Shown one piece after another: positions 1 through 9,218 of a stretch of 64,000 bases of DNA (positions are counted from its first letter, which is position 1; every line of letters starts with the position of its first letter). The notes beneath the pieces were generated by a model. That model saw only the letters and a list, made by a program, of their open reading frames with translations. It did no database searches and had not been told where the DNA came from. Position numbers and translations under genes: made by a program. Where the stretch lies: NCBI GenBank assembly GCA_965221125.1, contig CBDCRW010000007.1, positions 416,001 through 480,000 on the forward strand, in the 5' to 3' direction. The stretch is from Alphaproteobacteria bacterium (GTDB taxonomy: Bacteria > Pseudomonadota > Alphaproteobacteria > UBA828).

Positions 1-441
1 GCCGGCTCTGACAAGAAGCTCGCGCGCGCCTGCCAATTGGGCGCAGACGAGGTCATCAACTATAACGATACCCCGGCGATCGGCGATGCCGTGCGCGACT
101 TGACCGATGGCCGCGGAGTCGATGTCTGTATCGAGATGGTGGGTGGATCGGTGCTGCAGCAGAGCCTCGATGCGCTGGCGCTCAACGGGCGGCTTGCCAC
201 TTGCGGCGCGCACGCCGGCGAGAAGGTCGAGATCGACATGATCGAGTTCTTTCGCAAGCAGATCACGATGACGAGCTGCCATTTCGCGCCGAAGTCCACC
301 AACCACGAGGTCCTGCGCCTGATGGAGCAGGGCAAGCTCAGGCCGGTGATCGGCGAGGTCCTGCCGTTGGCGGAGATGCGCACGGCGCACGAGCGTCTTG
401 CCGCGCGCGCGGTCTTCGGCAAGGTCGTGCTTGAGGTGTAG
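1..441 (+). CDS. Zn-binding/MDR family quinone oxidoreductase (5' truncated by window edge)
   Basis: LGADEVINY, GRGVDVCIEMVGG and C-terminal FGKVVL motifs of MDR oxidoreductases. Confidence 0.8.
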   Translation, partial: AGSDKKLARACQLGADEVINYNDTPAIGDAVRDLTDGRGVDVCIEMVGGSVLQQSLDALALNGRLATCGAHAGEKVEIDMIEFFRKQITMTSCHFAPKSTNHEVLRLMEQGKLRPVIGEVLPLAEMRTAHERLAARAVFGKVVLEV

Positions 442-460
442 CGAAGCAGGGTATCGGAGT

Positions 461-1444
461 ATGGCAGAGCTGGAGCTACGCAAGGTCGACCGCTGGCATC
501 ACCGGCGCATCGTTCTCGACGGTCTCAGCATGAAGGCGCCGTCGGGTCGCATCACGGCGCTCCTGGGCGACGAGGAGTCGGGCTGTGTTGAGGCGCTCAA
601 GGTCATCGCCGGGATCGAGAAGCTGCAGGGCGGCTCGATCCTGATCGACGGCGAGGACGTGGGCGGGGAGAAAGAGGGCGTGCGCGAGGCGGCGACGGTC
701 TTCCGCAGCGCCGCCCTGATGCCGCACAAGTCGGCGCTCGAGAACATCGCTTATCCGCTCAGGATCGCCCGCTTCGACCAGCAGACGATCGAGGAGCGCG
801 TGCTGGCCGTCGCCGAGCATTTCGGGCTCATGGACGTGCTGACGGAACGGCCGAAGAAGCTGACTGACGTTCAGTGCTACCAGATCGGCCTCGCCCGCGC
901 GCTCGTGCGCGACCCCGGCGTCTACCTCTTCGAGCTGCCGCCGGAGGAGGACACGACCATACGGGAGCTTGCGATCAGCGAGATGCGCCGGCTCAGGGAT
1001 GAGTTCGGCCGCACCGTGGTCTATGCGGCCGGCACCGTCGACTCCGTGCACGACCTTGCCGACTGGGTCGTCGTCCTCCACGAGGGGCGCAGGCTGCAGA
1101 TGGGCCGCCCGGAGCGACTTGCCCAATGGCCCGTCTCGCGTCAGGTCGCGAAGCTCTTCGGCGCCAGGCTCCGTGCCGCGCGAATCGAGGAAAGGGAGCG
1201 GGACTCGGTCACGGTCAGCCTCAAGGACGGCACCTTTCTCACGCTCCCCTGCGAATCCCAGGAGGCGGCCGCCGGCGAGCGCGCCACCCTCGCCATCTGG
1301 CCCGAGCACATCGGCCGCGAGGGCGAAACGGCGGTCTATCCGCCCGAACACTGCTACCTGTTCGACGCGCGCGGGCACCTGGCGCAGGGGCCGTTCGGAC
1401 TGCCGCCGAAGCCGAAGAAGAAGAAATCCTCCCGCCGGCGGTGA
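461..1444 (+). CDS. MalK/UgpC-like ABC ATP-binding protein with degenerate catalytic motifs (pseudo-ATPase)
   Basis: ATG 461 after GGAG. ABC scaffold (ALMPHKSALENIAYPLR, LARALVRDP) and TOBE-like tail are present, but Walker A, signature, Walker B and H-loop are all altered. Confidence 0.75.
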   Translation: MAELELRKVDRWHHRRIVLDGLSMKAPSGRITALLGDEESGCVEALKVIAGIEKLQGGSILIDGEDVGGEKEGVREAATVFRSAALMPHKSALENIAYPLRIARFDQQTIEERVLAVAEHFGLMDVLTERPKKLTDVQCYQIGLARALVRDPGVYLFELPPEEDTTIRELAISEMRRLRDEFGRTVVYAAGTVDSVHDLADWVVVLHEGRRLQMGRPERLAQWPVSRQVAKLFGARLRAARIEERERDSVTVSLKDGTFLTLPCESQEAAAGERATLAIWPEHIGREGETAVYPPEHCYLFDARGHLAQGPFGLPPKPKKKKSSRRR

Positions 1445-1715
1445 ATGCCGAGTCGACGCGCCGGCTTCATCGCGCGCTGCCGTGCTCTGTTACCGCTCAG
1501 TACTTCTTGCGGATGATTGTGCTATATGGAACAAAGTCATCAACATGTAGTAATGAGAGAGATGATTATACGACGACATATTGTAAGTATTGGTAGGTTT
1601 CGAGAATGATGCGTCGGGCCGAACACTGTATTGTGAGAGCGGCATCATTGCCATTATCGCGCCTCGTACACTAGAATGAACTAGCAACGTCTGCCTCCAA
1701 CGGGTTCCCCATACA

Positions 1716-2372
1716 ATGACCGACCACGCCGCCGCCCGCCGCAACATGGTCTCGGGCCAGATCAGGACCAACCGCGTCACCGACGAGCGGTTGATCGAGG
1801 CGATGGAGGAGATCCCGCGCGAGCGCTTCGTCCCACATGCCAAGCGGGGGGTCGCCTACGTGGACGAGGACGTGGAGATCGCGTCCGGCCGCTACCTGAT
1901 GGAGCCCATGGTGCTCGCGCGCATGGTGCAGGAGGCAGGCATAGCGGCGGACGACATGGTTCTCGATGTCGGCTGCGGCACGGGATACGCGACGGCGGTC
2001 ATGTCCCGCCTCGCCGGTACCGTGATCGCGCTGGATGTCGACGGATCGCTGGCCGCGGAGGCGGAGCGCGCGTTGAACGCGGTGGGCGCCGACAACGCGA
2101 TCGTGGTGACCGGCCCGCTCGCCGAGGGTTACGCCCGCCAGGCGCCCTATGACGTGATCCTGCTGGGCGGCGCGGTCGATCACCTGCCGCAGGCGCTGGC
2201 GGACCAGTTGGCCGAGGGGGGCAGGATCGTCGGCGTCCTGCGCGAGGCTGGCACGGTCGGGCAGGCGACCCTCTGGGCGCGGCACCGGGGCGCGCTGTCG
2301 AGCCGCAGCCTGTTCGAGGCATCGCTGCCGCCGCTTCCCGGCATCGCCCGCCCCGTGCAATTCGAGTTCTAG
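1716..2372 (+). CDS. pcm: Protein-L-isoaspartate O-methyltransferase
   Basis: IPRERFVP, VLDVGCGTGY, APYDVILLGG; upstream of tolC as usual in alphaproteobacteria. Confidence 0.9.
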   Translation: MTDHAAARRNMVSGQIRTNRVTDERLIEAMEEIPRERFVPHAKRGVAYVDEDVEIASGRYLMEPMVLARMVQEAGIAADDMVLDVGCGTGYATAVMSRLAGTVIALDVDGSLAAEAERALNAVGADNAIVVTGPLAEGYARQAPYDVILLGGAVDHLPQALADQLAEGGRIVGVLREAGTVGQATLWARHRGALSSRSLFEASLPPLPGIARPVQFEF

Positions 2373-2376
2373 CGCC

Positions 2377-2706
2377 ATGGACGGGGAGGTGCCGGCGCTT
2401 TCGGTCGGAGACTTCGCTGCGCTGCGCGCGCGCCAGGAGGACTACGCGCTCCTCGACGTGCGCGAGCCCTGGGAGGTGGCGGTCAGCGCGCTGCCGGAGG
2501 CAATGACCATCCCCATGAACGAGCTGCCCGATCGGCTCGAAACGCTGCCGGCGGACCGCCCCCTGGTCGTGCTGTGTCACCACGGCCAGCGAAGCGGCCA
2601 CGTCACGGCGTGGCTCAGGGGGCTCGGCTACGACAATGCGGTCAATCTGGAAGGCGGTATCGACGCGTGGGCGCGCACGGTCGATCCCGCCATGCCGACC
2701 TACTGA
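2377..2706 (+). CDS. Rhodanese-like sulfurtransferase
   Basis: LLDVREPWE, CHHGQRS, NLEGGIDAW. Confidence 0.9.
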   Translation: MDGEVPALSVGDFAALRARQEDYALLDVREPWEVAVSALPEAMTIPMNELPDRLETLPADRPLVVLCHHGQRSGHVTAWLRGLGYDNAVNLEGGIDAWARTVDPAMPTY

Positions 2707-2718
2707 AAGGAGCGGCCC

Positions 2719-4122
2719 ATGACTCGCGATCGAAGGCTCTCCACGATTGGAAGATGCGCGGCGTTTGCACTGCTGGCAGCGCTTCTCGTCGGCGCCTCGG
2801 CGCAGTTCGGCGGCGCTGCCGCGCAGACCCTGGAGGAGGCGCTCGTCCTCGCCTACCAGAACAATCCCGCCTTGCAGGCCGAGCGTGCACGCCTGAGGGC
2901 CGTGGACGAGGAGGTGCCGGAGGCGCTGGCCGGCTGGCGCCCCACGATCGAGGTCGCAGGCGATATCGGGGCGCTCTACAGCAATACGGACGGCATGGCT
3001 CCCAACAGCGGAAGCGAAACGGTTGCCCCCTACGGCGTGGGCCTCTCTGCGGTGACGCCCATCTACCAGGGCGGGCGCGTCGACGCTCAGATCGAGTCGG
3101 CCGAGAACCGTGTCAACGCGGGCCGCGCCCAGCTCCAGGCTGTCGAGCAATCGATCCTGCTCGACGCGGTGACCGCCTACATGGACGTGCTCCGTTACGG
3201 CGCCGAGATCGAGCTCAGCCGGAGCAGCGAGCGGGTGGTGCGGCGCCAGCTGCAGGCGGCGCAGGACCGGCTCGAGGTCGGCGAGGTGACGCGCACCGAT
3301 GTGGCTCAGGCCGAGGCCAGGCTCGCGCAGGCGGGCGCGGAACGGGTGATGGCGGAGGGCGGCATGATGTCCGCCCGTGCCTTCTTCCGGCAGGTGATCG
3401 GCGAACCGCCGGGTGCGCTCTCCCGGCCGCCGGTTCCCATGGGACTGCCGGAGACCGAGGAGGAGGCGCTCGCCGCTGCGGCCGCGGGCAACCCGTCAAT
3501 CGTCGCGTCATCGTTTATCGCGCAGGCGTCGGAGGCGGAAATCGACGTGGCCGCGGCCTCGCTCAGGCCGCAGGTCGCGATCGTGGGCGACGTTCGCCAG
3601 CGCTTCGATTCGTCCGACCTCATCGAGTCCAGGGCCGATGTCTCGCTGATGGCGACGGTGCGCGTGCCGATCTATCAGGGCGGCGCTGCGAATGCGCGTA
3701 TCCGCCAGTCGAAGCAGGTATCGGCGCAGCGGCGCCTCGAGCTCGACCAGACCCGGCGCACGGTGCAGGAGCAGGTAGCTCATGCCTGGCGGGCGCTCAC
3801 CTCGGCACGGGCGCAGATCGCCGCCTTCGAGTCCCAGGTGGCCGCGGCAGCGGTTGCGCTCGACGGCGTCGAGCAAGAGACGCGAGTGGGCCTGCGCACC
3901 ACGCTCGATGTGCTGGACGCCGAACAGGAGCATTTCAAGGCGCAGATCAACCTTGTCCGGGCGCAGCGGGAGGAGATCGTCGCCGCCTATCAGCTGAAGT
4001 CGGCGATCGGTGCTCTCACGGCGCGTCAGCTCGGGCTCCCTGTCGACCTGTACGATCCCGAGGAACACTATCTGCGCGTGCGCGAGAGCCCTGGCGTGTG
4101 GTTATGGTCGGAAGAAGAATGA
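2719..4122 (+). CDS. tolC: TolC family outer membrane protein
   Basis: Signal peptide, TLEEALVLAYQNNP, GEVTRTDVAQAEARL, GLRTTLDVLDAEQE. Confidence 0.9.
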   Translation: MTRDRRLSTIGRCAAFALLAALLVGASAQFGGAAAQTLEEALVLAYQNNPALQAERARLRAVDEEVPEALAGWRPTIEVAGDIGALYSNTDGMAPNSGSETVAPYGVGLSAVTPIYQGGRVDAQIESAENRVNAGRAQLQAVEQSILLDAVTAYMDVLRYGAEIELSRSSERVVRRQLQAAQDRLEVGEVTRTDVAQAEARLAQAGAERVMAEGGMMSARAFFRQVIGEPPGALSRPPVPMGLPETEEEALAAAAAGNPSIVASSFIAQASEAEIDVAAASLRPQVAIVGDVRQRFDSSDLIESRADVSLMATVRVPIYQGGAANARIRQSKQVSAQRRLELDQTRRTVQEQVAHAWRALTSARAQIAAFESQVAAAAVALDGVEQETRVGLRTTLDVLDAEQEHFKAQINLVRAQREEIVAAYQLKSAIGALTARQLGLPVDLYDPEEHYLRVRESPGVWLWSEEE

Positions 4123-4152
4123 TCGCGACCGACGCGGCGAAGGAGTGAGGAC

Positions 4153-4749
4153 ATGGAAAAGCCGGCGCTGGCCGAGCACCCGATCAACGACACGATGAAG
4201 CGGCGCTGGAGCCCGCGCGCCTTCGCCCCGCGCCCGATGCCGCGCGAGGACGTCCTGACGATACTGGAAGCCGCGCGCTGGGCGGCGTCGAGCTTCAACC
4301 AGCAGCCCTGGCATTTCCTGGTCGCGACCCGGGACGAGGAGGAGCGATTCGCTCGGTTGCTCGGCTGCCTGGTGCCCGGCAACCAAGTGTGGGCGAAGAA
4401 TGCGTCGTTGCTCATCCTCACGGTCACCAAGCAGACGTTCGATCACAACGATTCACCCAACAGTTGCTGCGTCCACGATGTCGGCCTCACCGCCTGCCAG
4501 CTCGTCCTGCAGGCGACGGAGATGGGCTACGTCACTCACCAGATGGCGGGGATCGAAGCGGACAAGATCCGCGAGACCTATGGCGTGCCGGAGGGCTACG
4601 ATCCGGTGACGGGCATCGCCGTCGGCTACGCCGGGGATCCGGATGCGCTGCCCGCCGACCTCCGCGAGATGGAGCTCGGGCCGCGCACGAGGCGCCCGTT
4701 CAGCGAGTTCGTGTTCGCCGACCGCTGGGGACAGTCCGCCGGCTACTAG
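4153..4749 (+). CDS. Nitroreductase family protein
   Basis: RRWSPRAF, AARWAASSFNQQPWHF. Confidence 0.9.
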   Translation: MEKPALAEHPINDTMKRRWSPRAFAPRPMPREDVLTILEAARWAASSFNQQPWHFLVATRDEEERFARLLGCLVPGNQVWAKNASLLILTVTKQTFDHNDSPNSCCVHDVGLTACQLVLQATEMGYVTHQMAGIEADKIRETYGVPEGYDPVTGIAVGYAGDPDALPADLREMELGPRTRRPFSEFVFADRWGQSAGY

Positions 4750-4810
4750 ACGACCCTCAGGGCTCCCTCGAGATCCAAGCGAACGCAGTCAGGCCGATCT
4801 GGGGCGAAGG

Positions 4811-5248
4811 ATGTCCGACTTCCACTTGAGCGTCGGCGAGCAGGTCACGTTTGCCAAGACCGTTGGCGAGAGTGACGTTTATCTGTTCGCGGGCATTACC
4901 GGCGACCTCAACGGCCTTCACGTGAACGAGCAGTTCATGTCCGGCACGGCCTACGGGCGGCGCATCGCTCACGGCGCCCTGCTGGTGGGTTTCATGTCCA
5001 CGACGTCGACCATGATGATCGCCCGCTGCGCCGAGGGGGAAAGCGACGAGACCCCCGTTTCGCTTGGCTACGAACGAATTCGCTTCATCGCGCCCGTCTA
5101 TATCAACGACACGGTGAGCGTCACCTACACGGTTGCGCGGATCGACGAGGAGCGCCGGCGCGCGCTGTCCGATATCGAGGTCGTCAACCAGCGGGGCGAG
5201 ACGGTGGCCGTGGCGCAACACATCATCAAGTGGGTACCGCAGGGGTAA
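4811..5248 (+). CDS. MaoC family dehydratase
   Basis: FAGITGDLNGLHVN...RIAHGAL hydratase-2 motif; ATG at 4811. Confidence 0.85.
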   Translation: MSDFHLSVGEQVTFAKTVGESDVYLFAGITGDLNGLHVNEQFMSGTAYGRRIAHGALLVGFMSTTSTMMIARCAEGESDETPVSLGYERIRFIAPVYINDTVSVTYTVARIDEERRRALSDIEVVNQRGETVAVAQHIIKWVPQG

Positions 5249-5277
5249 ACGGCCATCGTATCCAGGGAGGATGAATC

Positions 5278-5562
5278 ATGGCGCGCGCACTCTGGCAGGG
5301 GCAGGTCATCGCCGAGTCCGACAGTTACGAAAGCGTCGAGGGCAACGTCTACTTCCCGCCGGATACGGTGAACCGGGCGCTCCTCACCCCGAGTTCGACG
5401 ACCACCGTCTGCGGCTGGAAAGGCACGGCGCACTATTACTCCATCGAGGTCGGAGGCGAGCGCAATGCGGACGCCGCGTGGTATTACCCCGACCCGAAGC
5501 CTGCGGCCGAAAACATCCGGGACCATGTCGCATTCTGGCGAGGAGTCACCGTCGAGTCGTGA
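5278..5562 (+). CDS. DUF427 domain protein
   Basis: VIAESD...VEGNVYFPP...[10 protein letters not shown]...AAWYYPDP. Confidence 0.85.
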   Translation: MARALWQGQVIAESDSYESVEGNVYFPPDTVNRALLTPSSTTTVCGWKGTAHYYSIEVGGERNADAAWYYPDPKPAAENIRDHVAFWRGVTVES

Positions 5563-5632
5563 GCCGGGAGCGTCCCTCGGCGGCACGCGTGGTCTCGTAC
5601 CCGGAGGCGCGCAACGGAAGGCAGGAAACCCG

Positions 5633-6922
5633 ATGCCTCGATACCTGAAGACCGGCATCAGCGATGCCGAAGCGGCAGAGGCGGACTCGAAGGTCCGCCG
5701 CGTCGTGGAAGACGCGTTGAACGACATCGACAAGCGGGGCGATGCGGCCGTGCGGGAAATGTCGATCAAGTTCGACAAGTGGGAGCGCGACGATTTTCGC
5801 CTGAGCGAAGCGGAGATCGAGGCCTGCCTGGACCGGGTGCCGAGCCGGGACCGCGAGGACATCCTCTTTGCCCAGGAGCAGATCCGCAATTTCGCGCAGG
5901 CCCAGCGCGATGCGCTCCAGGACGTCGAGGTCGAGACCCTGCCGGGCGTGGTGCTCGGCCACAGGAACATCCCGGTGAATTCGGTCGGCTGCTACGTGCC
6001 GGGCGGCAAGTATCCGATGGTGGCGTCGGCCCACATGTCGGTGGTGACGGCGAAGGCTGCGGGGGTCGCGCGCATCGCGACCTGTGCGCCGCCCTTCAAG
6101 GGGAAGCCGGCGCCTGCGATCGTCGCCGCCCAGCATCTGGCGGGCGCCGACGAGATCTACGTGCTGGGCGGCATCCAGGCGGTTGGCGCCATGGCGCTCG
6201 GCACCGGCAGCATTGCCGCGGTCGACATGCTGGTCGGCCCCGGCAACGCCTTCGTGGCGGAGGCCAAGCGACAGCTCTTCGGCCGCGTCGGCATCGACCT
6301 CCTGGCGGGGCCCACCGAGACGCTGGTGATCGCGGACGACACGGTGGATGGCGAGCTTTGCGCCGCCGACCTGCTCGGCCAGGCCGAGCACGGGCCGACG
6401 TCTCCGGCGACGCTGCTGACCAACTCCGAAGCCCTCGCCCACCAGACGATTGCCGAGGTCGAGCGCCAGCTCACCATCCTGCCGACTGCCGGGATCGCGG
6501 GGCAGGCGTGGCGGGACTACGGGCAGGTGATCGTCTGCGACACGCTCGACGAGATGGTGTCGGTGGCGGACGAGATCGCCGCCGAGCACGTGCAGGTCAT
6601 GACCGAGGACCCCGACTGGTTCCTCGAGCGCATGACCAACTACGGCGCGCTCTTCCTCGGTCCCCGAACCAATGTCTCCTACGGCGACAAGGTGATCGGC
6701 ACCAACCACACGCTGCCGACGCGCCGGGCCGCGCGCTATACGGGCGGCCTCTGGGTCGGCAAGTTCCTCAAGACCTGCACCTATCAGAGAGTGCTGACCG
6801 ACGAGGCGTCTACCATGGTCGGCGAGTACTGCTCCAGGCTGTGCGCGCTGGAGGGCTTCGCCGGACACAAGGAGCAGGCCGACATCCGCGTGCGCCGCTA
6901 TGGCGGGAAGAACCTTGCCTGA
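5633..6922 (+). CDS. hpsN: Histidinol dehydrogenase homolog, probably sulfopropanediol (DHPS) 3-dehydrogenase
   Basis: [51 protein letters not shown] typical of the HpsN clade; adjacent SDR, no his genes. Confidence 0.75.
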   Translation: MPRYLKTGISDAEAAEADSKVRRVVEDALNDIDKRGDAAVREMSIKFDKWERDDFRLSEAEIEACLDRVPSRDREDILFAQEQIRNFAQAQRDALQDVEVETLPGVVLGHRNIPVNSVGCYVPGGKYPMVASAHMSVVTAKAAGVARIATCAPPFKGKPAPAIVAAQHLAGADEIYVLGGIQAVGAMALGTGSIAAVDMLVGPGNAFVAEAKRQLFGRVGIDLLAGPTETLVIADDTVDGELCAADLLGQAEHGPTSPATLLTNSEALAHQTIAEVERQLTILPTAGIAGQAWRDYGQVIVCDTLDEMVSVADEIAAEHVQVMTEDPDWFLERMTNYGALFLGPRTNVSYGDKVIGTNHTLPTRRAARYTGGLWVGKFLKTCTYQRVLTDEASTMVGEYCSRLCALEGFAGHKEQADIRVRRYGGKNLA

Positions 6923-7700
6923 GCTTCAGGGCGAGGGCACGCTGCCGAAGACGCCGTCCTTCCGGCTCGACGGCAAGCGGGCGCTCGTCACCGGGGCCAG
7001 CCGCGGCCTCGGCCGCGCCTGCGCCGCCGCGCTCGCCGAAGCCGGCGCCCGGGTCGTGCTCGCGGCGCGTGGCCACGATGACCTGGAGCGAGCAGCAAGT
7101 GAGATCGAGGCGGCGGGCGGCGTCACGGAGATCCTGCCGCTGGACATCGCCGACGTGGAGCAGGCAGCGGCGGTGCTCGCAGCACTCGGGCCGGTCGACA
7201 TCCTCGTCAACAACGCCGGCGGCAACCGCCCCGCCGCATTGCTCGACGTGACGGTGGAGGATTTCGACGCGGTCATGGGCATCAACGTGCGCGGCGCCTA
7301 CTTCTGCGCTCAGGCGGTCGCGCGGGAAATGGTCGCCGCGGAGCGGCACGGCGTCATCATCAACATGTCGTCCCAGATGGGCCACGTGGGCGGGCCAAGG
7401 CGCACGGTCTACTGCGCCACCAAGCACGCGATCGAAGGCATGACCAAGGCGATGGCGATGGACCTCGCCCCGTACAACATCCGGGTCAACGCCATCGGCC
7501 CGACCTTCATTTCCACACCGATGACCGTGCCGTTTCTCGAAGATCCCGCGTTCAAGGAGGACACGCTGAGCCGGATCGCGCTCGGGCGCCTCGGCGAGCT
7601 TCCCGACGTGATGGGCGCCGTCGTGTTTCTGGCAAGCGATGCCGCCAGCCTGATAACCGGCGCGAGCCTGTTGATCGACGGCGGTTGGACTGCGCAATAG
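6915..7700 (+). CDS. SDR family oxidoreductase (HpsO-like)
   Basis: [17 protein letters not shown]; overlaps the hpsN stop; start uncertain (6900 ATG or 6915 TTG). Confidence 0.8.
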   Translation: MPELQGEGTLPKTPSFRLDGKRALVTGASRGLGRACAAALAEAGARVVLAARGHDDLERAASEIEAAGGVTEILPLDIADVEQAAAVLAALGPVDILVNNAGGNRPAALLDVTVEDFDAVMGINVRGAYFCAQAVAREMVAAERHGVIINMSSQMGHVGGPRRTVYCATKHAIEGMTKAMAMDLAPYNIRVNAIGPTFISTPMTVPFLEDPAFKEDTLSRIALGRLGELPDVMGAVVFLASDAASLITGASLLIDGGWTAQ

Positions 7701-7935
7701 CTGTACACAATCCGAGCAATTTGCGGAAGTACGGGGAAAATCTACCCCTGAATATCGGTGGAAAAGCACGACTAAATTTCTTCTATCAAGGCAGTTGAAC
7801 GACTTTTGTGTATACCCCCAAGATAGATTGGTATGCCTATACCGAATATCGCCACATATGCTGCTTTCAATCAATGGCATGTCTGCTATATGGCGGAAAG
7901 TTCGAGAATCGCTGGCATTCGACGGAGGTGAATTC

Positions 7936-8226
7936 ATGGCGAGACGGTCTGCGACCAGCTTCGACGAGAGCACATTGACCAAGGGTCAACGCCGCAAACT
8001 GGACACACTGCGAAATTCCGTGGGTGACGAGATCGGTGAGCGTGCGTTCGCTGCCTGGTATGCCAAGCAACCGAAGCCTGTCGAGCCTGAAGTGGACCAC
8101 GACGCCGCGTTGATCGTCGATACGCTCTGGCCGCTCGTCCGGGACGGTACGCTGGCAATTCCGCGGGGCGGGTATCTGCTTCGTCGCGGCCGTCACCGAC
8201 TCATTTGCGAGCCCGCAAGAAAATAG
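7936..8226 (+). CDS. Hypothetical 96-aa protein preceding the phage-like module
   Basis: GGAGGT RBS before ATG 7936; AT-rich upstream region; no recognised motif. Confidence 0.6.
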   Translation: MARRSATSFDESTLTKGQRRKLDTLRNSVGDEIGERAFAAWYAKQPKPVEPEVDHDAALIVDTLWPLVRDGTLAIPRGGYLLRRGRHRLICEPARK

Positions 8227-9218
8227 AAATGCGGAGCTTCAGCCACCCGGCATTCGGGAGGCGTTGAACGACCGGGACGAGAATGGGCCGAGCTTGTCTC
8301 GGCCTTGTTCTTGACGAAGTTTCGGCGGGTACGAACGCCAGTATGTCCTTGCACATAGCCGAATATCAATCTCTCCAATCCGTGCAAAGAGGCGTGATTA
8401 GAGACGAATAGGTAAGCCGCGGAGGTCCGCCAATACCCCGGACCATGGTGCGGTGCACAGGCGCTCCGGCGCGAGGCATTGTCCGCGCCATGAACGCTCT
8501 GAACGCTCCAACGCCCATCCACCACCCCGCCCGAGGCGCGGCGCACCGATGCCGCGCCCGTCGGGTTCCGGCTCACCATTTCCACACGTGCGGACGCGCA
8601 CCCATTCGATTCCACGCGCGTGGGGGCGCGCGATGAGCGCGCTCGACGGGTGGATCGACATCTGCCGTGCCGGCACCTGGCGCGACATGCAAGGCCACGA
8701 CGTGCGCCTCGACGAGGATCGGCTTGATCGCATCGTGGCGACGCACGCCGCCGCCGATCCGGCGCCGGTCGTGATCGGTCATCCCGAGACCGACGCGCCG
8801 GCCTTTGCCTGGATCGACGGGCTGCGCCGCGCCGGCGACCGGCTGCAGGCGAAGCTCCGCGACATCGCGCCGGCCTTCCGCGAGGCGGTGGAGGCGGGAC
8901 GCTACAGCGGCCGCTCGATCGCTCTCCAGGGCGACACGCTGCGCCACGTCGGATTCCTGGGCGGCCGCGCGCCGGCAGTGCCGGGGCTCGCGCCGACCCG
9001 CTTCGCGGCTGCGCCCGAGACGGTGGTCGCTTTCACCGACGACGGCGACGCGGACCGTTCAGACGACTCACCCGCAGACCACCCCGACTCTCTCCGCGCC
9101 CTGGAGCCGGGAGGAGACGAAGACGGCGACAGCCTCGTCTCGCTCCCCGCGCCTCAGGGGCGGGGAGAGGCCGAAGAGGACGACGGTGATGAGGACGGCA
9201 ACGAACGTGTCGCCCTAG

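Noticed and set aside
7700-8632. CtrA box or att site controlling or bounding the module
   Set aside because: No TTAA-N7-TTAA motif, tRNA or matching direct repeat at the right border was found by eye
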